From contig NMRA01000498.1 in assembly GCA_002633005.1 (NCBI GenBank), positions 175,772 through 239,771 on the forward strand: a stretch of DNA of 64,000 bases, in the 5' to 3' direction. This DNA is from Phoronis australis. Taxonomy: Eukaryota > Animalia > Phoronida. Positions 28,301 through 40,367 of this stretch are shown here, in pieces. A program made the position numbers and the translations under genes. The notes below the pieces were generated by a model that was given only the letters and a program-made list of their open reading frames with translations, had not been told where the DNA came from and did not search any database. Within the stretch, counting starts at the first letter, position 1, and each line of letters starts with the position of its first letter.

Positions 28301-29370
28301 AAGTGAGGATGTAGTTAAGTCGTTTGGTGTAATATGGAATTTCCCTGTTTGGCTTTGCACTCTTTCGATTCCATAGTATTTTGGTGACACCCTACCTTGA
28401 GTAAAAGAGTTAGGTCACTATGGTGGAAAAATGTCGCCAATTTTGGACAAAAGTAATCCCCAAAACTGATATTTTTGAAAGCCTTCTGACACTGTTGTGA
28501 GTGCCTGCAATTTCTCAAAGCATTGTTGGTTTGTACAGTGCTATTGCGGAATGGTACTTTGAAACAATATTTTATTTGGCACTTATCTTCTATGAAATAA
28601 AATATCCCCCATCTTGTGCCCTAAAATTGGTGAGATGTCACATGTTAATAGTGTAATTTCTGTATTCTTCTTTGCGATTTTGTTTTACAACGTGGCGAAT
28701 TAGAATGAAATAATAATTAAATGAAGATAATATTCGTACGTCTGATTCTGACATCATTCAATCTTTGACTACAAGGAGGATTGATAAGTTTTCAAGGAAA
28801 TATTGATGAAAATTATTTTCGCACAATGGCAAGCTGGGTTTTTTTGATTTTATCTGTGCGACGTGTTACAAAAAATAGCTGCGAAATAAGACAAGCCAAC
28901 ACTTTTTGTTTCCTATTGTCATGTGGTCAGAATAGAGCTCATGGCTGCTAGTTTTGGCTCGATAAGCCATTTCATTCTTGTTTTTTTATTTTGAAGTTGG
29001 CCATTTTTGACCTGCCCATGTGGCGGTCAATGTAGCTTCAAACTTAAACATGGACATTTTGTTATTTCGCTTTAACTACAGTGTGGAACTGAAATAGTTT
29101 GGAATTAATTGACCTTTTATGGATAGTGAAAATCGATGCGTGTGCCTGCCAGAGTATGTGACATGTTTCACTATACATAAAATGGTCAGTTTACAGCGTG
29201 TCTGATTTTGGCCATCTTGTCTGTTGCAGCATGGGATTGACTCTTCAAAACCACTACCCTACTCACACATGGACATTGCAGGCTCCAGTGGGCCATTTCC
29301 AGGGGTTCCAACTGCCTGCCCTCTGGTGGCCATTGCATCAACTTACTTCATCCCTAATGTGAAAACTTAA
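1381..29370 (+). CDS. M17-family cytosolic leucyl aminopeptidase (W07G4.4-like), 3' part. Coding exons 1381-1480, 2163-2238, 3676-3761, 4953-5057, 6388-6582, 7172-7255, 24578-24685, 28058-28189, 29230-29370 (TAA). No 5' exons were found in the window.
   Basis: All nine exons have GT-AG boundaries with consistent phases. The spliced protein contains RDIGGSDPERMAAP, GKGITYDTGGADIK, MHRDKCG, the M17 signature NTDAEGR, IATLTG and HMDIAG, so the expected metal-ligand Lys/Asp/Asp/Asp/Glu residues are present. Confidence 0.93.
3291..3466. other. Long imperfect intronic stem-loop
   Basis: Nested complementary segments: GGTCAGC (3291) with GCTGACC (ends 3466); AAAGGTTTGCTGAGCTG (3312-3328) with CAGCTCAGCTAACTTT (3404-3419); TGTCGAGG with CCTTGACG. 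Several pairs are G-U on the + strand. Confidence 0.5.
5170..5700 (-). mobile_element. Degenerate non-LTR retrotransposon (LINE) reverse-transcriptase fragment
   Basis: Minus strand encodes GTREGCMISPLLFVLYLNE (GVxQG-like motif) and LYADDMVL...LQRKLNCLNDYCDSWGMAVNLKKTKII (YADD catalytic motif), interrupted by stops or frameshifts. Lies in an aminopeptidase intron. Confidence 0.85.
9416..9506. repeat. About 22-bp minisatellite, about 4 copies (ATGTCCGTCACAAATATTGTAC)
   Basis: Direct tandem copies with substitutions visible in the sequence. Confidence 0.75.
10530..11134 (+). mobile_element. 5'-truncated 3' end of an RNase H-containing non-LTR retrotransposon (LOA/I-like)
   Basis: Translation DRLAKIGAS...PEPAIPVS...W...CRETK...LLSLDRLGIRHVIQILTGQFNLA*HRHITGHMGSPVGPECGTDIESPKHLVESCP resembles the end of RNase H followed by a degenerate C-terminal CCHC knuckle of LINE ORF2. 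In-frame stop at 10797-10799, then a short 3' UTR. Confidence 0.75.
12526..12704. mobile_element. MITE-like element of about 180 bp
   Basis: Terminal inverted repeats AATTGACCTATCGCAAG and CTGGCAATAGGTCAATT; no coding capacity. Confidence 0.55.
15298..15510. mobile_element. MITE-like element with an internal repeat of about 30 bp
   Basis: Ends TGGTGCCCAGGGCC and GGCCCTGGCACCA are inverted; a GGGxAGTTTTTGCG...TTTTxACTA unit is repeated inside. Confidence 0.45.
16522..18123 (-). CDS. LRR plus Ig-domain type I transmembrane protein (LIG-type), 533 aa, intronless CDS, nested antisense in the aminopeptidase intron
   Basis: Hydrophobic signal peptide; about 5-6 LxxLxLxxN repeats; LRRCT (NPFHCNC...VHCATP...C); Ig-like domain (LRIRCEAYGDPAP...DGKYTCKAKNVAG); S/T stalk; TM segment LLSSIVPFLVIVLIITMVYFC; cytoplasmic tail of about 140 aa. 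A possible 5'UTR splice acceptor lies near 18424. Confidence 0.92.
   Translation of the reverse strand: MLLNIFCVNIILLVRLATTVMANVRCPYLGTQHHIQRTYISRGFLQLHYKPDVKALKLSVCYIETINRDAFKHLTNLQELYLDRNFIEKLNAFTFEGLKDVAILELQNNMIETIPDGVFANMSNLEYVNLSNNKLTHIDYGVFSTLAQVNLNALCLHNNFIKELPSDITKITSNIRELSLGKNPFHCNCEMKFIKTSYTMMTSKRMKCRDGQLSTYSVHCATPVDTGYLYNVSSIQAVQMHCMGPSTPQITYALSGEELRIRCEAYGDPAPILTIVPPDGGENDTPTHSDTKYDGNVFYTKANFNFSHHPIADGKYTCKAKNVAGTAKRSFIKETESPQWPDETVEATQTRETTSTNDSASTSNIKVTLLSSIVPFLVIVLIITMVYFCKTRTHVCITNKREDETAKDGSDANGTIPAQLEETKPICIALEKTYVKFTNVEKTYQEDSIDMEYLKLFALDDDKKVRFDRKRGLYSGDEDNDDEDEGLESDTLSRSDMRRTPPPGILKTKIKGRINGRIKRDCEETVSHKEWKV
20533..20711. repeat. Foldback inverted repeat, arms of about 53 bp
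   Basis: TGTTTATAAGTAAAATCAACTTACTCAGAGAGCGGGGACTTAGAAGTTCGAAC (20533-20585) closely matches the reverse complement of 20659-20711. Confidence 0.8.
26736..26783. repeat. Compound (GT)n/(AC)n/(GT)n microsatellite, self-complementary
   Basis: Directly visible in the sequence. Confidence 0.85.
27016..27810. mobile_element. Probable non-autonomous TIR element with a C-rich left end and G-rich right end
   Basis: The left end has CTAAAAAT followed by GACCC repeats. The right end has about 2.5-3 copies of GGGTCAAGGGGGTTGC followed by ATTTTTAG, the inverted counterpart. Confidence 0.45.
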
Positions 29371-32300
29371 TCTTGAACGCAATAGCAAATTTGTGATAAT
29401 TAACGATTCTTAATTGTAAAATTATTTCTTACAAAGAATATTTTTAAAATTACTCTAAATTATGTGAAGTAGACGCACTGAAAAGAATTTGTGCAACGTA
29501 TTTAATGTGTTATGTTAATCAGGTGCTGTCTTCTTGCTTATGCACTTCCTGGCCTCTTTAGCAACAATTGAAATTTTGTTTTGTCAAAATTTCTAAACAA
29601 AACAACACTTAAAAATATACTTAATTGTTAACATATCTTGTGCCATATTTTATGACACATTTCCCACTGATGGGCCTCACCATACGGTCGGAAAATTGGT
29701 GGTCGTCACAAAACATTTTCTAAATTTATAATTATATGTAGCCAGGTAGCCACTCTGTGAAAAACAGAAAGTGGTGATTTTGACAGTCATTTTTATTTGG
29801 AGTACAGTGTGGTAGAATTATTGTAAAGTGCTATTTGTATTGTCTCCAGTTGTCCACAAGTTGAAATGGTAGTAAGCCATTTGGCCTGTCTGCAGTTAGT
29901 AGCCTTAGTGGTCTCGCAGCATAAGTGAACATGTGGTTTGTTTCATACAAACTTGTGCTCTTAAAATTTTATGACAGAAAATATAATCGTTATCTTAAAA
30001 TTATTTCAGTTTTCTATTTAATGGCTACAAGACTAACCAGTTTTCAAATGTTCTTGACACACCACTACAGTCAAGTGACATTTTAAGTCTCGGTAGCAAA
30101 ATTGAATGAAGCTCTACTCAATCAGTTGTCATTTCCCCCGCCTTTTGTACAACAGGTTCTTGCAAGCATTATATTAGGCCCTCCAAGACTTGATTGTGAT
30201 AAATCTTGCCACAAGGGGTGTTGTGTTTTAATGATGGCTGTTGGCTGTTTAGTGAAATACATGTACAAGCAATATTACACGCTCTGTCTATTTAAATTTG
30301 CCTAGTTTGTGGTTCGGCTGCTGCAATAACAGGCTGGTGTCATTCACACAATTTTTCTGTTTTGTGACAGGCTTAAGACAACAAGGCCTCAAATAAAACA
30401 ACAACTATTCACACACTTTTCCGGCATATTCCGGGCTGCTTACCCAAAAGGCAAGAAACTGGAGACGGAAAAGAAGATCGCACAAAGCTTTATGAGAAGC
30501 AAGGAAGGTAATCGCTGCTTTTTGTACGGCGATTACACCGTATCTGCCAGATCTAAGTGCGCTTGTGTTGACTTAAGAAGTAAATGTGCAGTGTCTTTTT
30601 ATACAAATCCTACTTTTTAAAATTCAACGAATATACGCTCCAGAGCTTACAACGGGAAATTCTTGCTATCAGCCCTTAACTCTTGTTCTTGCACAGGCGT
30701 TTTTATCGTGAAAATGAAGATCCAAATGTCGCACTTTTACCAGCAAATCGGATATGCAGCTTACCCTTGTTCTATTGATCACTTAACTGGAAGCCGCAAG
30801 GTCTCATAACGATCGCTGTTTTTTACCATTTTGATTGGTTAGAATTGATTAAGAAAACTTCACGAGTTGTGATTTTTTCATCAAACACGTCTATATATTT
30901 GATTCCACGTATTCATATTGCTGGAGATGTTCAGTTGGTCCGGGGGCACACACCTTCGGGATATTTGTACCCCGACTGGTCAAAGTTCATTATTTGTTTC
31001 GACCTCAAAGCTGAAAGGTTTTCCTNNNNNNNNNNNNNGGGGGGGGGGGGGAGAGGGAGAAACACGCCAGTAACCAAGAAGTGGACTGGCACAGCTCAGG
31101 AGATGCCCACAGACAAAAAAGGTTGACGGAAACCGTAAAGCAATACCTGTTATAAGACATTTTCTAACTTATAAAACGTTTGAATATGATTTTATTCCTA
31201 TTAACATATTATTTAATTCGATTTTGTTTGTTGCGTTGCTAGTTGTGTTTTGATAGTAGTGCGAGACATCAAATTCAGTCACCACAATAACTACACTGAA
31301 GACTGGCAGACCCAACCGTGTAGGCATTGGTGTGACGGCAAATTTGAATTTATAAAGACGAAACTTCTCGTCTGAGATCATTTCAATCAACAATTTATTC
31401 ATTGGCGTGCTTTTGCAGGGGCGTGTCCAGAATTTTGAGTTGGGGGGAAGCGCAGAGTATTGGCCAGGATTTTGCCCATTAGACGTTCGCACTCTCGAAC
31501 TGNTATTTTTATTATTTCATAGAAAACAAAATGGGCATCAAAACTAAACGTGAAAGAAAACAGTTCAACGGTGTAATGTTTCTGTGGAAGCTAAAATGCT
31601 AAAATTTGACAAAAATGTTTACTTACGCCGACGTAAGAAAATCAGCGAACTCGGAGATATGCTGTTAATACATGACGTAGTTGTCCAGGCTCGTATCGGA
31701 ATCCGATAAGTTAAAATTGCGTTGATCCTCCTTTGAATTGTATTAATTTCAGTACGTCTATTACATTGTCGAAAATTGATCCATGTGTGCGTTTTTCAAA
31801 ATGCTAATGCATGCGTAATGTACATGCAATTCTGGAATTGTGTATTAACATCAAAAGCTTACTTCTAAGTGACACACTAATTTTTTATGCAAATAAACTT
31901 TTGTTACGGCACACTGTTGCCGGTGTAAAAGGATTCGTCGCACTTCTCTCCTATCAGTATTACTCGTGACGGATCTCCCACACGGCAAAGCACCTCTCCT
32001 TATTTGGCATGTTAAGACTAGGACGTAGCATGTTTCCCTTCTATGGAAAATGTGACCTTTAACCTTTGACTGAAGTAAAAACAATGTGGATTTCTGGAAG
32101 CAGCTAGTCGGGAATCCGACTTCTTTGAGCACGTGCTCTATTATTAGGGGCGGAGAATTTGAAAACTGTATTGTTATGAAAGTTTTTATTTCGCCTGTGT
32201 TTCAAAAAATAGTGAAACTGACGTTTTTTAGAAATTCTTACAATATTCCAATTGAAAAACTCTCACGTTGTCATCCCCAAGAGTAGATTCGCCACGAGCT

Positions 32301-32460
32301 GTTTAAAAGATATTTTTTCGAGTTCTCGCGTTCCATGCCTCTTTAAGAAATATGTTAAGAAAATTGTGATGGACTGTGAGTTCGAGATTTGACTTAGTCC
32401 GATGAATCACATGACAAGACTTCTGTGAATATCGCTAAACACACAAACACCAAGGTGCTC

Positions 32461-32474
32461 GATAACCGATAAGC
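32461..32474 (+). promoter_or_regulatory. Double GATA motif GATAACCGATAAGC upstream of ShKT-mucin gene A
   Basis: The identical 14-mer occurs at 41671-41684 upstream of paralogue B, while the surrounding sequence does not visibly align. Confidence 0.55.
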
Positions 32475-32519
32475 TTAGTCTTAGTGATCATTAGCGTGTC
32501 CAAAGACGAGAGCATTATA

Positions 32520-35500
32520 ATGGCGTTAAGCTGGTGCTCGTTCTTTTTACTTCTTTCAAGTGCTGCATTGCTGATTGGCTGGACTGACGCGCTGCGTAAG
32601 TACTATGCAACACTCGATCCAGAATTAAGATATGGCAGATAAAAGCGACCAATTTTAAATCGAGACAATTTAAAGAACAATATTCGGGTAGGATTATTAA
32701 ACAAATCTTTGTTAGTATATGTAGAGCTAGTGACAGCATTGACGGGGAAGGGGCGGAAGTGACAGATGCTTCCCAGATTCGGGTAAAAAATATGAAAAAA
32801 TCGAGCAAAACAAGAGAAAACCCGGCCTGCATAGCAAACAACGGGAAAGACGTAGCAGAAAACACATCGACGTGGAAGCATTAACAATGAGTATTGGTGT
32901 ACGTGTTCTGATCTCACCGTTCCGCAATGAACATAGGTCGGTACTGTACCGCGTGTTAGCACAACAGTGTGTAGCCGTTAATATTACGAAATTGTAGCTA
33001 GAACAGGTAGAAGCCAGTGTTGTCTACAAATGTATTCGTAAAAGTGAAAAACTGTAACAAACTTACACAAATAGAAAAAGACAAATCGAAATTAAAGAAC
33101 AAGAAATTGTGTCAGCTATGTATTCCATGCAAGATATCCTGCCTAAACAACCAGGAATGTGAGACCGAATTAAATAAAGTATCATACATAAAGTATCATG
33201 ACATTGGCCGTAATCGCAAATATGAAAGTTTGTCATGGCAGTTGAAGGCATTATTTGATTTATTTGTGAAGTAAATACAAACGCACAATATCTCCACAGT
33301 GTCACAATGTGAAAAATTATCGATTTCACCGAAACAAATTCAAGAAAAAGTCTTTTGAAGATTGTTATTAGGAAAGAAATAATAAGTTCTGAAGTGTTTA
33401 GTTAGTTTTGTGCCACACTCTATGTGTGGATCAGACTTTCTGACGTGGGATTTCTCAGTGGCGGATTATCAGTGAAGTTTTACGGGTTAGAAGGTTTTCA
33501 AAATCTTGACGGTCGTGAACGAAGATTTCTGCATTTTTAGTACACCTTTAACTCGAAAGACGCAAATGGCTACTCTAACAATGGAATGTATCAGAATTCA
33601 CAGTTGAACACCGTCGCCTACAAAATTCCAAAAATTTCTTGGGGTGAGCCCCCTAAACCCACCGATGGGATACCTAACTCTCACATTCTTCCCCGTACGC
33701 CCATAGTCATGAATTTGTGCACACGACTTAGAGAAGAGAATCGCCAAACGATTCAATACTGAAAAAACAGAATTTGAAGTCATAACTCTTGGAACTCGGC
33801 ATGCAAAAAACTTGCATGGCGCGTTACGTATTTGATTGCCTGGTATCCCATGACTCCGCAAATGACAAGAGTTTTGGGACCCGTTCCAAAAAAAACTAAA
33901 GTTATTTTTGTCTCAACTTCCAAACTTTGAAATTTCCACATCCTGTAAGACAGTCAAAACTTAAGTAAGAAATTTAAGTCTAACTTAAGATTTTTGTCTT
34001 GAAACGGATTTGAGACAAATTTAAGTTTGATCTTAAAACTGACTGAAATTTAAAATTTGTCTTAGGTCAGTCAGTTGTCTTAGAACGGGCTCCACAGCTT
34101 TCTCGTTTATATGTTATTCATGCGTCAACAAAATCAACAAGAACTTTCCAATTATCAATGATTTTAATTACAAGCAAATATTGCGATCAATTGATATTTT
34201 AATGCATGTCAAAATTCGAGACGTTCTAAATCACTCGACTTCTAATCAAAAAATTCCATACTATACATGATTTTTACCAATCTGAAGTGTAACTCTTTTG
34301 TAGACGAGCGGTTTCGTAGTATTTTGACGTAGGTTGATGAAATTCTAGTAAAGCCATATCATATGTAACCGGCCCAAACAGCAAAATCTCGATACACTTA
34401 TGGGTTCATTTATCTACGCCAATCTCTCGATTACGAGTAATTTTCAATTGTGCCGAAATTTATGAAAAATGTCATTACATCTACATGTATGTCGGAGGTT
34501 AATGCGCAGCAGTAAATTAGGCGTCAGGCAAAACCCTTTTGAGCCTTTTTGTCATAACCTTTCTTCAATTAGGTGCACAAAGACAAGAAAGTGGGTGGTG
34601 GATTTTGTCAGCAATAGAATAGTAAATCCACGATGGATCATTTCTTAACAGATAAGTGACCATTTTATAAGTGACCTCGTCAATGAAATAACGATCAACC
34701 GTTAACCCTAATGTGAAAAGTGACCAGCGTTAAAAATGTAGCCTTTCGCATGCCTTGAATGCCAGAGAAGGGTTGATAAATTGAACTGGTTACATTCAAG
34801 GGCGAAACGTACACGAGTGTGCCTGGGGACGTTTTCAGGCAAGTGATAAACAAGTCCATAGGTCATATCTGTTGATTTGCAATGACCGTCAGCTATAGAG
34901 AGGACCAAAAGAGAATTGGTCAAGTTTCCGGATCTTGAAGTTGGAGAGGGAGCAATTTGTGGAGTTGAGAGTTATTTGGCGGCCGGTTAGTGGCGAACCC
35001 GAGACGGGGGGGGGGGGGGCTACCGCGCAAGTTTTACAATTCTCCACGTGTCCGCGCTTCTCGTTGCCACCATTTTGGCGGAGCCTCAAATTCGCCGTCA
35101 CTTTTGGCCCTATAATTTTCTTTTTCGCGTTCCCCTTAAATGGCAGCTGCGCCAAGTACCACCCTTGCTTTCCGGGAACCATCTGCCAAATAATGCCACT
35201 CCTCGACACATTTCCAACGAACAGACGAGTTTTCAACAGGAGAGAGTAATTTTCTACGCGTTCAAAATTTCTAGCATTAAAAATTTCGATCCTCTTAAAA
35301 TCGACCGGGAGAAATGACCCGTGAATGTGGTACAAATTTCACGTGTCAAAATTAAATGCTACACAGGCGTACCCGCCCTACACTTAATTACGTGAGGAAA
35401 ATCGTGATCTACAAGGAGCATATTTAAGTTAAAAGTTATTGAGAACCAGTGCGAACGCATTCAATGTCCTCCTTATAAATGTCCGAAGGCATGAGTGCAA

Positions 35501-38500
35501 AGTAGCCCGAAGGACTCTTGGCGCCTAGTGCCCGAGTTTTGAGAACCAGTTTTCTCCACTGAATAATGGGCGTCAAACTGGTTATCAAATACGGACACAT
35601 TATATCCGACTATTGCTAAATTGGGAAATTTACAAAGTTTGACACTGGGTGGGCCCAATGGTAAATGGCCACACGATTAGCAACGGATGATGGCAGCCGG
35701 AATTCTTCAATGACAAACAAAAGACCGTGCTTTCTACGTGGGTGTCTTGCTGAACGTCCACCAACACTCTAAATCAGTGGTTTGAGATCCAACATCGATC
35801 TCCGCGTTGCGGAGAATCAGGGTTAATCAAATTCCAGCCAAGAGTGCAGACAATCGAGCACACCTACTGTAGATGTCTCTTGCTCCTCTGAGTTGTGTCT
35901 TAGTAGAAAGAACATGGTTATAATGATTTCAGACGTTTGCTTTTATTAAAAAAATATTACCCCTATCTACTGTGTCTCTCTATGAAACCCACGGTAATTC
36001 ACCGAACCATCGATTTCTTTTTAGGTGCATCGCGCAGGTTTAGGCGCACTGGCACATATAGGCCTACAAGTCGAATTGATTGTTCGGAGAAGTTGCTTTG
36101 GTACCCCGACCACGTTTGTTCCAATCCAACTTACAGAACCGCATGCCGAAAATATTGCCAATCTAGCTGGGACACGAGACGATGCGAGGACAACCCAACC
36201 TTTCGTAGCCTGTGTAGCAAATGGAAGAAGTACGACAAATGCGGGGCTAACATCGCGCAACTACAGTGTAAAAGAACGTGCACACGCTGTGCTTGGGAAA
36301 GCAGAGCAACTGCGGCACCACTGTGCGCAGACACGGACAGAGAGTGCCCGGAACATGCACAAAAAGGGAAATGTCGTTATTACTTCTACCAAAAACAATG
36401 CCCAAAATCGTGCGGTCTTTGTCGCCCCAAAGCAGCATCAACACGAAAGCCAAGCGAAGTCTGCAAAGACATTCGAACTGACTGCCAAAATCAGCACCGA
36501 AACGGCAATTGTGGTAGTTACTACATACAAAAGGGATGCCCACGAACGTGTGGCTTATGCCGAGTAAAGGAAGTTACGACAATGGCACCGGCGAGTGAGT
36601 GTACCGATCGACGAGAGATATGCGAATTTTTCAAGAAAATGGGCAAATGCACGTATACATCAGTGCAAAAAGATTGCTCCATAACCTGCGGTACAGTCGA
36701 TGGATGTGCTTCTGCTTGTCGAGACAAATACTCATACTGCACTCGTATGTCGAAAACATCATGTGAAACTAATTTCAGCGCCACCTCATGTCCCAAGTCG
36801 TGTGGTAAATGCAATCAATCGACAGTTATTACGAAAACGCCGACTGCTGGGCCACACTCGCTCCGACCTAAAAGCACCGTCACTCACACACCAGAGCCAA
36901 CTACGACAACAACTACAGTAAAGGTAATTACAACTACAAAAACACCAACGACGTCGTCACCACCACCACCCAAACCAACAACTACAGATACTACCCGCAC
37001 CATGACATCCACTCGGGAAATAAGCACACCAACACCTACACAGGCAGGGACATACGAGACAACTGAGCATACGATGGCGTCAACAACTACGATATTGACC
37101 TCCGAAGCGAGAAAATCTTCCAACCAGGCAACAGTGACGTCAAACACACCAGTCACTAATAAGCTAACGCCATCGACTGTAGCAGCAACAGTGGCGACAT
37201 TGAAAGGTAGGCGCACCACAACTTCAACCCCTGTAAAAAGCACCTCCTCAAAGCCCTCTCAACCGACGAAAACACCACCAACCATATCCACTACTACATC
37301 AGCCAGAACAACCAACGCTAAAACAACTTTGGTGACCACGACCACAACACCGGAAATGACTACGTCACTGGGCTTTTATTGCAACACCTGTGATCCAACA
37401 GCCGGTCCCTGCAACAATAAACCACAGGCATGCGGAGAAGATGAGAATTACTGCATGACTACCATGGAGGACACGGCAGATGGCAAACGAAAAATTTCAA
37501 AAAGGTACAGTCTTTTACCGACTTACTCTTATATGTCATCGAAAAATAAGTGAATGACCCCAAATCTTAATCATTTATCAAAAAATGTCAGTGTCCACCA
37601 TTGAATGCATATACTTCCTTACAGAAGAAAAAGCGAGGATGTCTAACCAGCGTGCCGTTGTGTCACGTGACCACACTTTTAAGTTAAACTTTCAGCTATA
37701 CACGCATAAAAACAACTACACGAGAATGACCTTACTGAAACCTTTAAAATGAAAATTAAGTTTCCTTCCCAAACCCGGGAAATAATTTTTGGTCTCCGGC
37801 CTTCAGTAAAATTTTCGTCATTGAGATCCTAATGTCCTACGCCAGCGTTGGTTAGATGGGTAATGAGATAAATTAAGGCGTATGTATAGTTCATTGGGGG
37901 TTTTTACTCAGTGGCAAAAGAAACCCAGTCATCAAGTGAACCGACGATTAAGCCAGCTTAAAAGCTACAATTCTTTAGTAACAAAATCAAAGAATTTGGA
38001 CGATGGCTTGCAATATTGACTTATTCTAACGGCATTAAATGACGAGATGCACCAAAACTATTGTCGAGCGATGACCAACAAATTAGGCCTACAATATCTT
38101 AACCTGGTGACAAACACTGTATGATCAATATAAAACCACGCCTATCACCCTGGCGGCCATATAACCTTAGCGACTGAAACAAACGCGCCATGACAAGCGC
38201 TTTCAAGGGGCGTGGTCTGAAGCAATGACAACCTGTCAGTTCAGTCTTGTCAAGCTCGAATAGAAACGATTTCTAATCTTAGCATCTGCGGGTATATGTA
38301 TGAAAATTTCACGTGCATCCGATCACTTTGATGTTTGAGATATGATGATTCGATTAAGCTGAAGAAAATTTGTACATTTTTAGGCTCCTACACTTCCTTA
38401 AAAACCAAATAAAGAGTTCCATCCCGAAACATCAACCAAACTTTGATTTTCAAAGACGGCACTGCATAGGTATTTATTAAAACAAAAACAGGTGAGTCAT

Positions 38501-38794
38501 CACTTGAATACTTATTTGATTAAAGGTGTTCATTTTTTATTCAGCTGTGTAACGAGGCAAAGCTGCTTTACGAAGTGGTACCAACAAACCTATGACGAGA
38601 AATCATGCTTGTACCTTTTGTACGGCATCAACAAGCCAATTCCGGAAGGAGTCGAGTGCAACTTCTGCTGCGTAACGCCCGGATGTAACGCTGACGATGT
38701 TCCACCCGAAGACACGTTGTTCCAGGTCTCGCTTAACGCGCAGTCATTCACACGGCCACAAAATGGCAAGGTAAAACAGAAAAACGTGAACTAA
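32520..38794 (+). CDS. Secreted ShKT-repeat / mucin / Ly6-uPAR-like protein A, about 601 aa. Exons 32520-32595 (signal peptide), 36025-37504, 38545-38794.
   Basis: Exon 1 MALSWCSFFLLLSSAALLIGWTDA ends at GTAAGT in phase 1, matching the acceptor at 36024. Exon 2 has one 4-Cys partial module, five 6-Cys ShKT modules (e.g. CADTDRECPEHAQKGKCRYYFYQKQCPKSCGLC) and a Thr/Pro/Ser-rich stalk. A phase-2 intron splits a Cys-rich domain ending CNFCCVTPGCN. Confidence 0.88.
33877..34093. mobile_element. MITE-like element
   Basis: Ends GGGACCCGTTC and GAACGGGCTCC are inverted; internal AACTTAAG and TTGTCTT repeats. Confidence 0.45.
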
Positions 38795-40055
38795 AGTAGC
38801 TGCATCTGGAGAACTTGGGTCACGTTCCGAGATCACGTGTTTCGCTTCTATCGCATGGTGCTATATCGTGAATACTTACGTGATCTCGCCGAACTCTCAA
38901 GAAACTGACCACGCGGAACACAGTCACGGCTTACGAAAGAGAACTTACGAACGGGTCTTATGGTTACGTCGATAATTAGAGAAAGGGTCTTTGACTCTAG
39001 AAACATTGCTTTGCCAAACGCAAGACGATTCATAACAATCTTCATGCACTGTCATTTGTTAATTACATGAAACATAACCAAAGGCGAGGTGATATTTCAA
39101 AAATCTGTGCTGCCTGTTATTCTTANCCGTTTTTTTAGTAATAAGGTCCGCAAACCCTAAAATTTGATCCCCCTACATCCTTACATTTTAAGCTGGGCGC
39201 GCGCATGAGGTTGTTCCTTTCCCCTGCCCCCCAACTCAAAATCCAGGATCCGCCCCTGAACTAAACATTGCATGTAGACTTGCATTTGCTAGCTTTGGCA
39301 GTTTAGGACACGTTTCGTAATTTTGGCCATTGGGTTTAACGATTAATGAATGTTACAAGATTAAAGAGAGAGTTTTGGTGTAAATTAATTTGCTGTACTT
39401 CTCGGATCTACCATAGCAACTTGTATTACAGCCTAACAGACAATTTTGGATGCAGATTCAGAAAGTTTTGTCATAGCTGTGCGGCATTTTATACATTGAG
39501 ATCGATTGCAATCATAGAAGGTGAACACTAGACATGAAGAGCGATGCGTAGGAAGTTATCTACAGGAAAGAGTACATTTACTACCTAATTATCTAGTACA
39601 AACTATACAATTTAGCTATGTAAAAGTATACATTTTATGAAAGTATAAAGCATGTAGGCTAGAATTTGACTTTTTCGCATCTCTCATTAATTGGGTAACG
39701 TGACCATGTGCTTTTTTAAAATTTACAACAAAGGACAACAGCGGAATATCAATAACACGACCAAGATGAAATTCCAAAACATTGTTGCATTTTTATGAAT
39801 TATCCTTTCGTTTTCGCCTTACGCATTTTTTTCACGAAAACGCCTCATCCCCACTAAATGAAACGCTTCAAAAACCCATAACAGAGTTTTAGAGCACAGT
39901 GAATAAAGTAGATGGAACACAACCGTCAAAAAGTTTCCGATCAGCCATTTTCTACATATCAGATGTTTTGAAGTTAGTCAAATTAAGTTGTACGTTTTTC
40001 TAGGGTCTCGCATGACGTAAATGAAAATATCGCAAGTTTATCAGATCTGCAATCA

Positions 40056-40367
40056 TGTGTTATCGCAGTATTGATAAGAAGGAAACCCAAGGGGCGCTTC
40101 TTTGAAATAATCTGGCAGGGCCTCCAGTTGTGGTCTGTCAGGGGTGCACTTGTCGAAATCGCCAACAATTGCCTGTTGTTTACGTTGAGACATCTACTCA
40201 CACGTGTAGAAGTAGAGACAGGGACGACCGGAACACACCCAGAACCAACTACACTTTTTGACCTTGTATCCTCTTATTACTTTTGGGGCGGGCCTGACGA
40301 CGTGTTTGCGCCCCTCCTATGTTGGTACCTGGGAACAACTACATCTCTCAACCCTCGCTACGACACA
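40056..40367. mobile_element. Possible solo LTR or short TIR element
   Basis: GC-richer block of about 310 bp bounded by TGTGTTATCGC and GCTACGACACA (TG...CA, imperfect inverted ends). No convincing TSD. Confidence 0.3.

Noticed and set aside
30371-30507. AG...GT-bounded open segment resembling an exon
   Set aside because: The aminopeptidase has already terminated at 29370 and gene A has its own ATG exon. No partner exons were identified; it may be non-coding.
31026-31051. N-run next to a poly-G tract (similar single Ns near 44428 and 53639)
   Set aside because: Sequencing or assembly uncertainty at G homopolymers rather than biology. It does caution that the frameshift and tandem-donor findings need read-level confirmation.
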